Positions 32,168-41,572 of a stretch of DNA of 64,000 bases are shown here, piece by piece. The notes beneath the pieces are model-generated. The model saw only the letters and a program-made list of their open reading frames with translations. It did no database searches and was not told the origin of the DNA. Each line of letters starts with the position of its first letter. Positions within the stretch are counted from its first letter, which is position 1. The translations under genes were made by a program, and so were the position numbers. Source of the stretch: Loktanella sp. (GTDB lineage Bacteria > Pseudomonadota > Alphaproteobacteria > Rhodobacterales > Rhodobacteraceae); the NCBI GenBank assembly GCA_020201155.1, contig JAIVHI010000167.1, positions 5,688-69,687 of the forward strand, given 5' to 3'.

Positions 32168-33105
32168 GCGGAGCCCTCCCAGTTCAAGATCATTTTCAGA
32201 CAGGTCGGATCGGTAAAGGCGGTGTCATAGGCCGCCGTTGCATCCTTGGCCTTGGCGTGATGCGTAATCAGCCCGCCAAGGCTCAGGGACCCGCTTTCGA
32301 TCAGGTCGCGCGTGGCAACCAGATCGTCAGGCGTCCATTCGGCGGCGATGCGCAGGCGCACCTCGCGCATGAAGGCCGGCGGGAAAGAGAATTTCAGGTC
32401 TTCGGCGTAAAAGCCGGCCAGAACGACTTCGCCGCCCTTGGCGCAGCGGGCGATCAGGTCGTTCAACAGACCGGCACTGCCCGAAGCATCGAAGATGGTG
32501 CAATAGTCGCGACGGTCATCCGTATCGGGGTGGATCACATCGTAACCTTCGGACCCGCCCTGACGGTCGGCGTCGATTTCCCAGACGGTCGGCGGCTTGC
32601 CACCGGCGGCAATGGTCAGACGCGCCAGCAGGCGGCCCAGGACGCCGTGGCCGACGATCAGTTCCGGCAACGCATGTTCCGGCCCGGCCAGTGCGTGACG
32701 CGCCGTGGCGGCCAATGCCAGCAAGGCCCCCTCGGCACCCGTTGCGGGATCGATCCGCGTCACGCGGTCGGCATTGGTAATCAGCGTGCGAGAGGCACCA
32801 CCGAACAATCCATGCGCGCCGTCATAGCAATTGGCACCCGGCACGAAGACCCTGTCGCCGGGGCGGTAACCCGTGGCGGGGGCGGCTTCCATGACTTCGC
32901 CCGCAGCCTCGTAGCCGGGAACAAGCGGGTAGCCCATGCCGGGGAACGGGGGCATCAGGCCGCTCCAGAACAGTTTTTCCGTTCCGGTGGAAATGCCCGA
33001 ATGCGAAACCTGCACCACAAGATCGGTCGCGCCCGGATCGACAAGGCGTAGGGCGCCTGTGCTCAGCTTGCGCGGGCCTTCCAATATGACTGCAGTTGTT
33101 TCCAC
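32164..33105 (-). CDS. bchC: 3-hydroxyethyl bacteriochlorophyllide a dehydrogenase
   Basis: 313-aa zinc-type alcohol dehydrogenase family protein. GTG start at 33105 with GAGGA upstream. Confidence 0.9.
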   Translation of the reverse strand: METTAVILEGPRKLSTGALRLVDPGATDLVVQVSHSGISTGTEKLFWSGLMPPFPGMGYPLVPGYEAAGEVMEAAPATGYRPGDRVFVPGANCYDGAHGLFGGASRTLITNADRVTRIDPATGAEGALLALAATARHALAGPEHALPELIVGHGVLGRLLARLTIAAGGKPPTVWEIDADRQGGSEGYDVIHPDTDDRRDYCTIFDASGSAGLLNDLIARCAKGGEVVLAGFYAEDLKFSFPPAFMREVRLRIAAEWTPDDLVATRDLIESGSLSLGGLITHHAKAKDATAAYDTAFTDPTCLKMILNWEGSA

Positions 33106-33161
33106 GTTTCGTCCTCATGTTCGGTCGTCTCGCCTCCTGCGGTCCGACCTGTAATTCGTCC

Positions 33162-33179
33162 TGTCAGTTTAACCTTACA
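33162..33179. promoter_or_regulatory. PpsR/CrtJ operator, bchC promoter (site 1)
   Basis: TGTCAGTTTAACCTTACA is a perfect TGT-N12-ACA. Confidence 0.85.
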
Positions 33180-33187
33180 GTTCAATC

Positions 33188-33205
33188 TGTCAATCCAGCC
33201 TGACA
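33188..33205. promoter_or_regulatory. PpsR/CrtJ operator, bchC promoter (site 2)
   Basis: TGTCAATCCAGCCTGACA is perfect and lies 8 bp from site 1, the classic tandem arrangement of the Rhodobacter bchC promoter. Confidence 0.85.
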
Positions 33206-33211
33206 CTTTTC

Positions 33212-34345
33212 TCAGGAAGATTTTTGGGCGATCACGACACGGGTGACGAAAGCGCGCTGCACGCGCGGCGCCGCGACCTGCTTGAAACCGGCCTCGGCCA
33301 GCAGTGCGCCCACCTCTTCCACCGTGCGTGTGCGCCCCGTCCCCATCGCCAGCGTGTAAAGGGCGAAATAGGCATCGGCCGGACGGGCGGCCTTGGCGTC
33401 CCGGCCCATCGGCTCGGCCACGATCACACGACCGCCCGCAGGCAGGGCCGCATGCACACGCGCCAGCAAGGCCCGCACCGTATCGTCGGAATGATCGAAA
33501 AGAATTCGCACAAGGCTGACGGCATCCGCCCCCTCGGGCAGCGGATCATCGCGAAACGACCCCGCAGCCAGCGTCACGTCACCGTCAGAGAATCGCCGCT
33601 GTGCCGCCGCGATGACGGGCGGCAGATCGAACAGCGTCCGCTTCAGATCAGGATAGGCCGCGCCGACCGCGTCCAGAAAAACGCCTGTGCCGCCACCCAC
33701 ATCCATCAGGTGCCGCACGCCCGAGAGTGACACAGCCGACAGCACCTCGTCCGCGACAAGGGTCTGGCTTTCGGCCATGACCTGCGAATAACGCTCTGCG
33801 GTTTCAGGGTCAGCCGCAGCACCGGCGCCGAAGACATAGGGCCAGAAGCCCGCCATCTCGGTTTCGCCCTCGCCCCGGAAAAACGCCGCAGGATCGGCAA
33901 GATCGCGATACAGGATCGCGTTGTGACGAATCATGCCGGCAAGCCCCGGAACGCCGGTCAGCGCCGCACCCCGCGCCGTCAGGCGATAGCACCCGCGCGA
34001 CAGGCGCAGCAGGCCGATGGCATCGCCCGCGCGCAAAAGAATCCGCATCCTGTCAGGGGGCACGCGACAGCAGCGCGACAGACCCTCGACGGTCGCAGGT
34101 GCCTCTGCCAGATAACTCAGAACGTCCAGTTCGATCAGCGCGGTCAGCGCCTGCGTATGGCAAAACCCCGCCAGCAGATCGAACAACGCCTCACCCTCAC
34201 GCCGCGCAAAACGCCGCACAATCGGCGTTCGTGCCGCCCAACGCTGAAAGCGGGGCGACGCGACCAGCCGTGCCAGACGGCCATTGCTTCGGGGTTTGGG
34301 TGGGGTGCCCTGCGGCATGGTCAGGGACGGGTCAGGAAACGCCAT
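33212..34345 (-). CDS. crtF: demethylspheroidene O-methyltransferase
   Basis: 377-aa class I SAM O-methyltransferase (..LMDVGGGTGVFL..) between crtE and bchC. Confidence 0.9.
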   Translation of the reverse strand: MAFPDPSLTMPQGTPPKPRSNGRLARLVASPRFQRWAARTPIVRRFARREGEALFDLLAGFCHTQALTALIELDVLSYLAEAPATVEGLSRCCRVPPDRMRILLRAGDAIGLLRLSRGCYRLTARGAALTGVPGLAGMIRHNAILYRDLADPAAFFRGEGETEMAGFWPYVFGAGAAADPETAERYSQVMAESQTLVADEVLSAVSLSGVRHLMDVGGGTGVFLDAVGAAYPDLKRTLFDLPPVIAAAQRRFSDGDVTLAAGSFRDDPLPEGADAVSLVRILFDHSDDTVRALLARVHAALPAGGRVIVAEPMGRDAKAARPADAYFALYTLAMGTGRTRTVEEVGALLAEAGFKQVAAPRVQRAFVTRVVIAQKSS

Positions 34346-34351
34346 GCGTCC

Positions 34352-35230
34352 TTATTCGCCCGGAACCCGCGACGCACTCATATCGAGGGGCGCGAACTGT
34401 CGGGCCTGCGCCTGCACAAGATGCGCAAGCGCCGCCTCACCGGGGCAGGACGGGATCGACGCAATCGCACCGGACAGGATATCTTTCAACCGCGCCTTCG
34501 CGCCATCGACACCGAGCTGCGTCACCGCACTGGGCCGACCGTGCAGATCGTCCTGACCGGCAGGTTTGCCCAGCTCGCTTTCGCCACACAGGGCATCGCG
34601 CAGATCGTCGGCCACCTGAAAGGCTTCGCCGATTCGCAGGCCAAGCTCTTCCCACGGCTCCGGGTCCTGGCCGGCTGCCACGGCCCCCATGGTCGTGGCG
34701 GCCATGAAAAGGGCGGCTGTCTTCGCGCGATGGTAGGCGGACAGGTCGATCTTCGCTTCGCTTTCCCATCCCTGCCCCGCGCAAATCCCGTCGGGCATGC
34801 CGCTGCGCTGCGCCAGAAGGCCGATCAGCGTCGCGGCCCTTGCAGGATCGCTGCCCGCCGCGCGGGCCAATGTCTCGAACGCCATGATGATCAGACTGTC
34901 GCCGGTCAGCACCGCGATCGACTCTGACGTGGCGCGATGAACGGACGGCTTGCCGCGCCGCAGATCGGCATCGTCGAAACAGGGCAGATCGTCGTGAACA
35001 AGGGACGCGCAGTGCAAAAGCTCCAGCGCCGCACCCGCCGCGTCGGCCAGCGCGGGGTTCCTGTCACCGCAGGCCTTGGCCACGCTCAACAGAATAACCG
35101 GCCTGATTCGCGCACCCCCCGGGTTCACCGCATAGTCCAGCGCCCCGGCCAGCCGCTGCGGCGCAACGCCGCTTTGTCCCCGTACAATCGCAGCCGCTAC
35201 AGCTGTCTCAATACGTGTCTTGATATCCAT
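34352..35230 (-). CDS. crtE: geranylgeranyl diphosphate synthase
   Basis: Polyprenyl synthase motifs LVHDDLPCFDDADLRRG and FQVADDLRD. ATG 35230 preferred over the GTG at 35239. Confidence 0.9.
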   Translation of the reverse strand: MDIKTRIETAVAAAIVRGQSGVAPQRLAGALDYAVNPGGARIRPVILLSVAKACGDRNPALADAAGAALELLHCASLVHDDLPCFDDADLRRGKPSVHRATSESIAVLTGDSLIIMAFETLARAAGSDPARAATLIGLLAQRSGMPDGICAGQGWESEAKIDLSAYHRAKTAALFMAATTMGAVAAGQDPEPWEELGLRIGEAFQVADDLRDALCGESELGKPAGQDDLHGRPSAVTQLGVDGAKARLKDILSGAIASIPSCPGEAALAHLVQAQARQFAPLDMSASRVPGE

Positions 35231-35253
35231 GCGCGTCACTCCAACGGCCTACC

Positions 35254-35271
35254 TGTCGCAAATCACTGACA
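35254..35271. promoter_or_regulatory. PpsR/CrtJ operator, crtE/crtD divergent region (site 1)
   Basis: TGTCGCAAATCACTGACA is a perfect TGT-N12-ACA. Confidence 0.8.
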
Positions 35272-35277
35272 GTCATG

Positions 35278-35295
35278 TGTCAATTAAACTGGACA
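35278..35295. promoter_or_regulatory. PpsR/CrtJ operator, crtE/crtD divergent region (site 2)
   Basis: TGTCAATTAAACTGGACA is a perfect TGT-N12-ACA. Confidence 0.8.
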
Positions 35296-35298
35296 CTT

Positions 35299-35316
35299 TG
35301 TCTCTCAAAGTCAACA
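35299..35316. promoter_or_regulatory. PpsR/CrtJ operator, crtE/crtD divergent region (site 3)
   Basis: TGTCTCTCAAAGTCAACA is a perfect TGT-N12-ACA. Confidence 0.75.
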
Positions 35317-35324
35317 ATCCCCTT

Positions 35325-36893
35325 ATGCGTGATGAACTGCCTTCCAATTCCGCGACCGCGCCGATCATCGTCATCGGTGCCGGTATCGGTGGCTTGGCGG
35401 CGGCTTTGCAGCTGTCACACGCAGGCGTCGCCGTGACCGTGCTGGAAAGCGCCGGCGCCCCCGGCGGCAAGATCCGCACGGTGCCCACGTCCGCCGGCCC
35501 CAGCGACGCAGGCCCGACGGTTCTGACCATGCGCGGCGTCTTCGAGACTCTGTTCGCTGACGCCGGTGAACGGCTACCGGATCACGTGACCCTGCACCCC
35601 CTGCCCGTTCTGGCGCGGCATTTCTGGCCGGACGGCACAACGCTCGACCTGCACGACGACCCGGACCGGACCGCCGCAGAGATCACCCGCACCTTCGGTC
35701 CCGACACAGCCCGCGACTACTCCCGCCACGGCGACCGTGCAGCGCGCCTGTTCGACGCCTTCGACGCACCGATGATGCAAACCGCAAAACCCTCGTTGCT
35801 ATCCATCATTGCAACAGTCGCGGCGCAGCCTGCGCTTGTGCGGGACATGGCCCCGCACCAAAGCCTTGCCACGCAACTGGACCGCACCTTCACCGACGCC
35901 CGCATGGCGCAGCTTTACGCCCGCTACGCCACCTACGTCGGCGGCACACCTGACCAGGCCCCTGCCCTGCTCAACCTCGTCAGCCACGCCGAGGCCAGCG
36001 GCGTCTGGCGGGTCGAGGGCGGCATGCAGGCCCTGCCCCACGCCATCGCCGATCTGGCCCGCGCGCGGGGCGCGACCTTCCACTACAACACGCCCGTGAC
36101 CGCCCTTCAGCGCGACACACACGGCTGGACCGTCAAGACGGCGAATGGCCCGCACCACGCATCCGGCGTCATCTTCAACGGCGACCCCCGCGCCCTGAAC
36201 GATGGCAGGCTCGGGCCACAGGTCACAAAGGCCGTGCCGGACAGCGCGACCACACCGCGCAGCCTGTCTGCCGTGGTGCTCAGCTTTGCGGCTACGGCCC
36301 AGGGGACCGATCTGTCGCACCACAACGTTTTCTTTTCCGACACCCCCAACGCCGAATTCACGCCAATCCGCGCAGGGCGCTTGCCCGACGACTTCAGCCT
36401 CTATCTTTGCGCACAGGACGCCCACAAAGGCGGGCTTGGCCGGTTCGAGGTCATCCTGAACGCGCCCCCCGGCCTGACCCTGACGCCAGAGGACAAACAC
36501 CGATGTCTCACCCAGATTCTGACACGCTTCGCCCGCTTCCGTCTGACGTTTCATCCAGCACCGACGGTGGCGGACATGACGACACCGCAGGACTGGGACA
36601 CCCTGTTTCCGGCATCATTGGGGGCGCTCTACGGGCGCAGTCCGGACGGGATGATGGCAGCCTTCAAACGACCGACAGCACGAACGAAGCTCAGGGGGCT
36701 CTATCTGGCGGGGGGCGGGGCGCATCCGGGGGCGGGCGTTCCGATGGCGGCACTCTCGGGCCGGCACGCGGCCGCGGCGATCATGCAGGACCACGCTTTG
36801 ACGTTGCGGTCGGCCCCGACGGCTATGCCTGGTGGTATGTCGACGGGATCAGCGCCGACGAGCACCGCGCCGTTTCGGTCATCGGGTTCATAG
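35325..36893 (+). CDS. crtD: methoxyneurosporene/hydroxyneurosporene desaturase
   Basis: Starts MRDELPSNSATAPIIVIGAGIGGLAAAL (FAD motif), 522 aa, CrtI-family. The tail overlaps the conserved 5' part of crtC. Confidence 0.9.
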   Translation: MRDELPSNSATAPIIVIGAGIGGLAAALQLSHAGVAVTVLESAGAPGGKIRTVPTSAGPSDAGPTVLTMRGVFETLFADAGERLPDHVTLHPLPVLARHFWPDGTTLDLHDDPDRTAAEITRTFGPDTARDYSRHGDRAARLFDAFDAPMMQTAKPSLLSIIATVAAQPALVRDMAPHQSLATQLDRTFTDARMAQLYARYATYVGGTPDQAPALLNLVSHAEASGVWRVEGGMQALPHAIADLARARGATFHYNTPVTALQRDTHGWTVKTANGPHHASGVIFNGDPRALNDGRLGPQVTKAVPDSATTPRSLSAVVLSFAATAQGTDLSHHNVFFSDTPNAEFTPIRAGRLPDDFSLYLCAQDAHKGGLGRFEVILNAPPGLTLTPEDKHRCLTQILTRFARFRLTFHPAPTVADMTTPQDWDTLFPASLGALYGRSPDGMMAAFKRPTARTKLRGLYLAGGGAHPGAGVPMAALSGRHAAAAIMQDHALTLRSAPTAMPGGMSTGSAPTSTAPFRSSGS

Positions 36894-37723
36894 GCTCGGT
36901 CTTTTCGCCCTGGTATGCCTGGAGCGGCAGACGCGACCCGCAGAACCACTGCTGCATCAACGTGGCGACCTACGGGCCAGGCGGGCGGTTTTGCATGACG
37001 GACCGGGGCCGGTCCGCCCTGCGGCAAAGCGCCGACCAGCTGACCATCGGACCGTCAACGATGCACTGGACCGGCAGCGCATTGGTCATCACGCTGAATG
37101 AATGGGCCGCCCCCCCGATCCCCGGAGCGGTCCGCGGCACCATCACCCTGATCCCCACGGGCGTCACGGACGTCGAACTTCCCCTGACGACCGACCGCGC
37201 GCACATCTGGCGACCCTTCGCACCCACCGCCACCATCACCGTCGATCTGGAAGCAAAAGGCTGGCAGTGGGACGGGCACGGCTACTTTGATTCGAACTTC
37301 GGCACCCGCGCGCTGGAAGCCGATTTCGACACATGGACATGGGCCCGCTATCCGCGCGCAAATGGCGGCTCGGCCTGTTTTTACGACGCGGATCGCTGCG
37401 ACGGATCAAGGCTTGCCGCCGCCATGGCCTTTGACGCGGATGGTGCGGCCCGCATGATCGACGCACCCCCCCTGACACCGTTCAAACCCACCGGATGGCG
37501 CATGGACCGCGCCACGCGCGCCGACCCCGGAACGACACCGCGACAGGTCAAACCGATGCTGGATGCACCCTTTTACAGCCGCGCGGCAGTGGAAACGACA
37601 ATCGAGGGCGAAACGGTTCAGGGCGTGCACGAGGCGCTTGATCTGCGTCGCTACCGGTCACCGCTTCTCAAGCCGATGCTGGCCTGCCGCGTGCCGCGCC
37701 GGGCCAAATGGTCGTTCGATTAG
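36503..37723 (+). CDS. crtC: acyclic carotenoid 1,2-hydratase (hydroxyneurosporene synthase); start unresolved
   Basis: The conserved region begins about 36788 (GPRFDVAVGPDGYAWWYVDG..IGFIGSVFSPWYAW..). The only canonical in-frame start upstream is ATG 36503, and the N-terminal extension it gives looks like non-protein sequence. See finding. Confidence 0.75.
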   Translation: MSHPDSDTLRPLPSDVSSSTDGGGHDDTAGLGHPVSGIIGGALRAQSGRDDGSLQTTDSTNEAQGALSGGGRGASGGGRSDGGTLGPARGRGDHAGPRFDVAVGPDGYAWWYVDGISADEHRAVSVIGFIGSVFSPWYAWSGRRDPQNHCCINVATYGPGGRFCMTDRGRSALRQSADQLTIGPSTMHWTGSALVITLNEWAAPPIPGAVRGTITLIPTGVTDVELPLTTDRAHIWRPFAPTATITVDLEAKGWQWDGHGYFDSNFGTRALEADFDTWTWARYPRANGGSACFYDADRCDGSRLAAAMAFDADGAARMIDAPPLTPFKPTGWRMDRATRADPGTTPRQVKPMLDAPFYSRAAVETTIEGETVQGVHEALDLRRYRSPLLKPMLACRVPRRAKWSFD

Positions 37724-38199
37724 GCTTCGTTGATCTTCAACGGCTGCACCTGCGGGTTCAGCTGCGCCACTTTCCAGTTCAGCGCCGTGGCGATGGTCGT
37801 CCAGACCAGATAGGGCACAAAGGCCAGACCGGCCCACATATCGACCTGCCAATGGGTGATGGTCGCACCCAGCACGGCCAACCACAGCATCCCGATAACC
37901 GGCAGCGCGCCGCGCAGGCGGCGCAACCCGAAAAAGACCGGTGTCCAAAGCGTGGCGAACGCGCCCTGTAGCGCCCAGAAGGCCAGCGCAACGCTGCTGC
38001 CTTCCATCATCGCCACACGCGCACCCGCGAAAGAGATCAGCAGGTAGATCGAGGTCCAAACCACCGGAAACACCCAGTTGGGCGGCGTCCAGCTTGGCTT
38101 TTCAAGCTTCACATACCATGCGCCGGGCGGAAAAACCGCGCCGGTCGTACCTGCGCCCATACAGGCCAGCAGGAACACGAAAAACAGCCAGAAGCTCAT
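37720..38199 (-). CDS. tspO: tryptophan-rich sensory protein TspO (CrtK)
   Basis: 159 aa, 5 TM helices, Trp-rich (..WYVKLEKPSWTPPNWVFPVVWTSIY..). Its stop overlaps the crtC stop convergently. Confidence 0.9.
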   Translation of the reverse strand: MSFWLFFVFLLACMGAGTTGAVFPPGAWYVKLEKPSWTPPNWVFPVVWTSIYLLISFAGARVAMMEGSSVALAFWALQGAFATLWTPVFFGLRRLRGALPVIGMLWLAVLGATITHWQVDMWAGLAFVPYLVWTTIATALNWKVAQLNPQVQPLKINEA

Positions 38200-38223
38200 A
38201 GAAATGCCCTTTCACGGCAGTGG

Positions 38224-39249
38224 CTACCCCTGAGGAGATGCACCCTGTTCGCGCCGTTTCAAGTCCGCAAGAACCGAAAGCACAGCACTCGTGCGGCCTT
38301 CGGGCACGGCCGCGCGGGGTGCGGTGCGCGCCGCGGCGTCCACGAGGAACCGCACTTCATCCAGAGGCCGCGCATAAAGAATGGGGGACCGGGGCATCAT
38401 CAGCGTCCCCCCGGCCCGCGCCGCCGACAGGCCGATCAGGCTCAGTTTGCGCGCCTTCGTCGTGCGGGCCCGCTGGCTCACGCTGTCATATCCGCCCTTG
38501 GCGATCGCCCCGCCAATCGCCGCGTAAATGTGTCGTGCCGCAAAGATGCCGGGCCGTGCGCCGCTGGGAAGACCCTTGATGCCCGCCTCGGACCGCAGGT
38601 AAAGCCGCCGCGCCTCGGCCAGAAGCCGCCGCGTCATCGCGCGCACGCGAGGGTCGGCGGCGGTGGCGGACAAAAGCGCGTCCTCGCTCAGGCCCGCCTC
38701 GTCCAGCCAGTCCAGCGGCAGATAGATCCGCCCCATCCGCGCGTCTTCCCCGATATCGCGGGCGATGTTGGTCAGCTGCATGGCCACGCCCAGATCACAG
38801 GCGCGCGACAGCACGTCGGCATCGCGCACGCGCATCAGCACGCACATCATTGCGCCCACGGCTGCCGCCACGCGGGCGGAATAGGCGCGCACATCGGACA
38901 GCGTGCGATACTGCCGTTCTTGCGCGTCCCATGCCAAGCCTTCGAGCAAAGCATCGGGCAAGGCGCGGGGCATCTCGAACGTCTCGATGATGGCGGTAAA
39001 GGCACGATCCTCGGGCGCGTTCAACGGGCGCCCCGCATAGGCGCGATCCAGCCGGTCCTGCAATCGCAGCACGGCGCGCGCCTTGTGGTCGCCCTCATCC
39101 ACCTCATCATCGGCCAGCCGGCAGAACGCATAAAGCGCCAGTGCCGGATCACGGACCGATTGCGGCAGCAGCTTGGACGCGGCGTGAAACGACAGCGATC
39201 CCGTGCGGATCGCTTCGCGGCAATGGGCAAGATCGGACGCATCAATCAT
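38224..39249 (-). CDS. crtB: phytoene synthase
   Basis: 341 aa (..YAFCRLADDEVD.. ..ARDIGEDARMGRIYLP..). Confidence 0.95.
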   Translation of the reverse strand: MIDASDLAHCREAIRTGSLSFHAASKLLPQSVRDPALALYAFCRLADDEVDEGDHKARAVLRLQDRLDRAYAGRPLNAPEDRAFTAIIETFEMPRALPDALLEGLAWDAQERQYRTLSDVRAYSARVAAAVGAMMCVLMRVRDADVLSRACDLGVAMQLTNIARDIGEDARMGRIYLPLDWLDEAGLSEDALLSATAADPRVRAMTRRLLAEARRLYLRSEAGIKGLPSGARPGIFAARHIYAAIGGAIAKGGYDSVSQRARTTKARKLSLIGLSAARAGGTLMMPRSPILYARPLDEVRFLVDAAARTAPRAAVPEGRTSAVLSVLADLKRREQGASPQG

Positions 39250-40793
39250 TCGGCAGCCATCCTTTGCGGCACGGAAGGGGCCTGCGGGACCAGTTTGCCC
39301 AGAACCTCGGCGCTTGAAATCACACCCGGAAGCCCGGCACCGGGATGTGTGCCGGCCCCGACCAGATAAAGGCCCTCGGCCTCCTCGCTGATGTTGTGCG
39401 GGCGGAAATAGGCGCTTTGCAGGATGCGCGGTTCGATGGAAAAGCCCGACCCGTGCGGCGACAGGTAGCGGTCGCGGAAGGTCTCGGGCGTAAAGATCCG
39501 CTCCGGCCCCAGACGGTCCTGAAAGCCGGGGATGACCTTTTCCAGCTCTGCCGCCACAAGTGCGCGGTAGCTTTGCGTCCGCTCCTGCCAGTCCACCGCA
39601 TTGGCGTGGCCCAGATGCGGCACGGGCGACAGCGCGTAGAAGGTATCGTCACCCTTCGGTGCCACCGACGGGTCCGTGACCGAGGGGCGGTGCAGATAAA
39701 GGCTCATGTCGTCGGCCAGATGCCCCTTGCGGAACACGTCCTTGAGCAGCGCCTGAAAGCGGGGACCGTTCAGGATCGTGTGGTGTCCCACATCGCTCCA
39801 CTGGCCGGCGGTGCCCTTGGTGCCGAAGTACCAGACGAACAGGCCCATGGACCAGCGGCGGCTGTTCAGCTTGGCCGGGGTCCAGCGGCGTTTGTGATGA
39901 TTGCGCATCAGATGGGCGTAGGTGTGCCCCGGATCGGCGTTGCTGACGGTGACAGCGGCGGGCAGAACCTCGCCCCCTGTCAAACGCACGCCCTTGGCGC
40001 GTCCCCCCTCGATCAGGATCTCGTCGACCTCGGCGCCCTGCCGCACCATCCCGCCTTGCGACCGGATGACCTTGACCATCGCGTCGGCCATCGCCTGCAC
40101 GCCGCCCATGGCGTAGTGGACGCCAAAGGATTTCTCCAGATGGTTCACCAGCGTGTAGATCGAGGTCACGCGGGTCGGGTCGCCACCGATGAAAAGCGGG
40201 TGAAACGACAGTGCCATGCGCAGGCGCGGATCGCGCACCCGGCGCTTGACGTGGGCATAGACGGACCGGTCGGCCCGCAGTTTCACGAATTTCGGAAGCA
40301 CCTTGATCAGGTCGACCAGACGGTGCATCGGCGTCCGGCCCAGCTGCTCGAAACCAAAGGCATAGCGGTCCTCGCTTTCGCGCAGGAAGGTGCGGTAGCC
40401 GTCCACGTCGCCTGGGCTGATCCCGCGGACCTGCTCGACCATCGCGTCAGTGTCGCCCCGCGCTTCAAAGCGCGTCCCATCCGGCCAGCGGATCTCGTAA
40501 AATGAGTCGAGCGACTTCAGATCGACATCCTGATGGAAATCCCGCCCGCAGGCGGCCCAAAGCTCTTCGAACAGTTGCGGCACGGTCACGATCGTCGGAC
40601 CCAGATCGAATCGGTGGCCCCCGTCGCTGATGGATGATCCCCGCCCGCCGGCCCGATCGAGCCGGTCCAGCACGGTGACCTGATATCCCTTGGCGCCCAA
40701 CCGCATGGCCGAGGCGAGACCGCCCAGACCAGCGCCGATCACGAGGGCGGTTTCGGGGGCGGGTGCAAGATATTCAATGTTCGTCATGGACAC
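39246..40793 (-). CDS. crtI: phytoene desaturase
   Basis: 515 aa with FAD motif ALVIGAGLGGLASAMRL. ATGA overlap with crtB. Confidence 0.95.
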   Translation of the reverse strand: MSMTNIEYLAPAPETALVIGAGLGGLASAMRLGAKGYQVTVLDRLDRAGGRGSSISDGGHRFDLGPTIVTVPQLFEELWAACGRDFHQDVDLKSLDSFYEIRWPDGTRFEARGDTDAMVEQVRGISPGDVDGYRTFLRESEDRYAFGFEQLGRTPMHRLVDLIKVLPKFVKLRADRSVYAHVKRRVRDPRLRMALSFHPLFIGGDPTRVTSIYTLVNHLEKSFGVHYAMGGVQAMADAMVKVIRSQGGMVRQGAEVDEILIEGGRAKGVRLTGGEVLPAAVTVSNADPGHTYAHLMRNHHKRRWTPAKLNSRRWSMGLFVWYFGTKGTAGQWSDVGHHTILNGPRFQALLKDVFRKGHLADDMSLYLHRPSVTDPSVAPKGDDTFYALSPVPHLGHANAVDWQERTQSYRALVAAELEKVIPGFQDRLGPERIFTPETFRDRYLSPHGSGFSIEPRILQSAYFRPHNISEEAEGLYLVGAGTHPGAGLPGVISSAEVLGKLVPQAPSVPQRMAAE

Positions 40794-40803
40794 ACCCTAG
40801 ATG

Positions 40804-40821
40804 TGTAAACTAAAGTTGACA
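40804..40821. promoter_or_regulatory. PpsR/CrtJ operator, crtI/crtA divergent region
   Basis: TGTAAACTAAAGTTGACA is a perfect TGT-N12-ACA. Confidence 0.8.
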
Positions 40822-40867
40822 ATATGTCTTACGCGCTCTTTCTTGGGCCCGTAGATCTGGAGACTCC

Positions 40868-41572
40868 ATGCCACAGGCCGTCACATTGACGTTTTACCGC
40901 TTTGACCGCTGGCGCGACCGTGCCTGGGCCTTTGCCATGATGGGTCTCGCGCGCCCTGCCCTGTCCCGCCTGCCCGAGATCGGGTTCTGGAAGCTTCTGG
41001 GCTCCGGCGTGGGCGAAGGCTTCACGCCCCTGCCGAACACCGGCGTCTACGCGATCCTTGCCACATGGCCAGACCACGCCACCGCGCGACGGATGATCGA
41101 AACCGCACCGATCTTTCGCCGCTATTCCGCGCGCGCCGCCGAGTCGTGGACGGTGCTTTTGACCCCGCAAAGCGCTATCGGCGCATGGTCGAGACAGACA
41201 CCCTTTACCCCCGCCCCCGACGGCCAACGCCACATCCTTGCAGCACTGACACGTGCCACAATCAAGCCACGCATCCTGCTGCGGTTCTGGAAACGTGTGC
41301 CGCGGATTTCCAAGGTCATCGGCATGAACACGGACGTGGCCTTCAAGATCGGCGTGGGCGAAGTGCCGTGGCTGCATCAGGTCACCTTTTCGATCTGGCC
41401 CGACGCCGAAGCCATGGCCCGCTTTGCCCGTCAGGGCCCCCATGCCGAAGCCATCGAACGCGTCCGCGCCGAAGGCTGGTTTCGCGAAGAACTCTACGCC
41501 CGCTTTTCGGTTCACTCCGAGATGGGCACATGGAACGGCGGGTCACCCCTCGCCGCATTGGAGACGACATGA
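40868..41572 (+). CDS. crtA: spheroidene monooxygenase
   Basis: 234 aa (MPQAVTLTFYRFDRWRDRAWAFAMMG...), upstream of bchI with an ATGA overlap. Confidence 0.88.
   Translation: MPQAVTLTFYRFDRWRDRAWAFAMMGLARPALSRLPEIGFWKLLGSGVGEGFTPLPNTGVYAILATWPDHATARRMIETAPIFRRYSARAAESWTVLLTPQSAIGAWSRQTPFTPAPDGQRHILAALTRATIKPRILLRFWKRVPRISKVIGMNTDVAFKIGVGEVPWLHQVTFSIWPDAEAMARFARQGPHAEAIERVRAEGWFREELYARFSVHSEMGTWNGGSPLAALETT

Noticed and set aside
36709-36715. G6 run (G GGG GGC) as a programmed -1 frameshift site linking crtD to crtC.
   Set aside because: It is kept only as one hypothesis within the crtD/crtC finding. Poly-G heptamers are weak slippery sites, I could see no downstream pseudoknot, and the shift would remove the conserved CrtD C-terminal FAD-binding segment.
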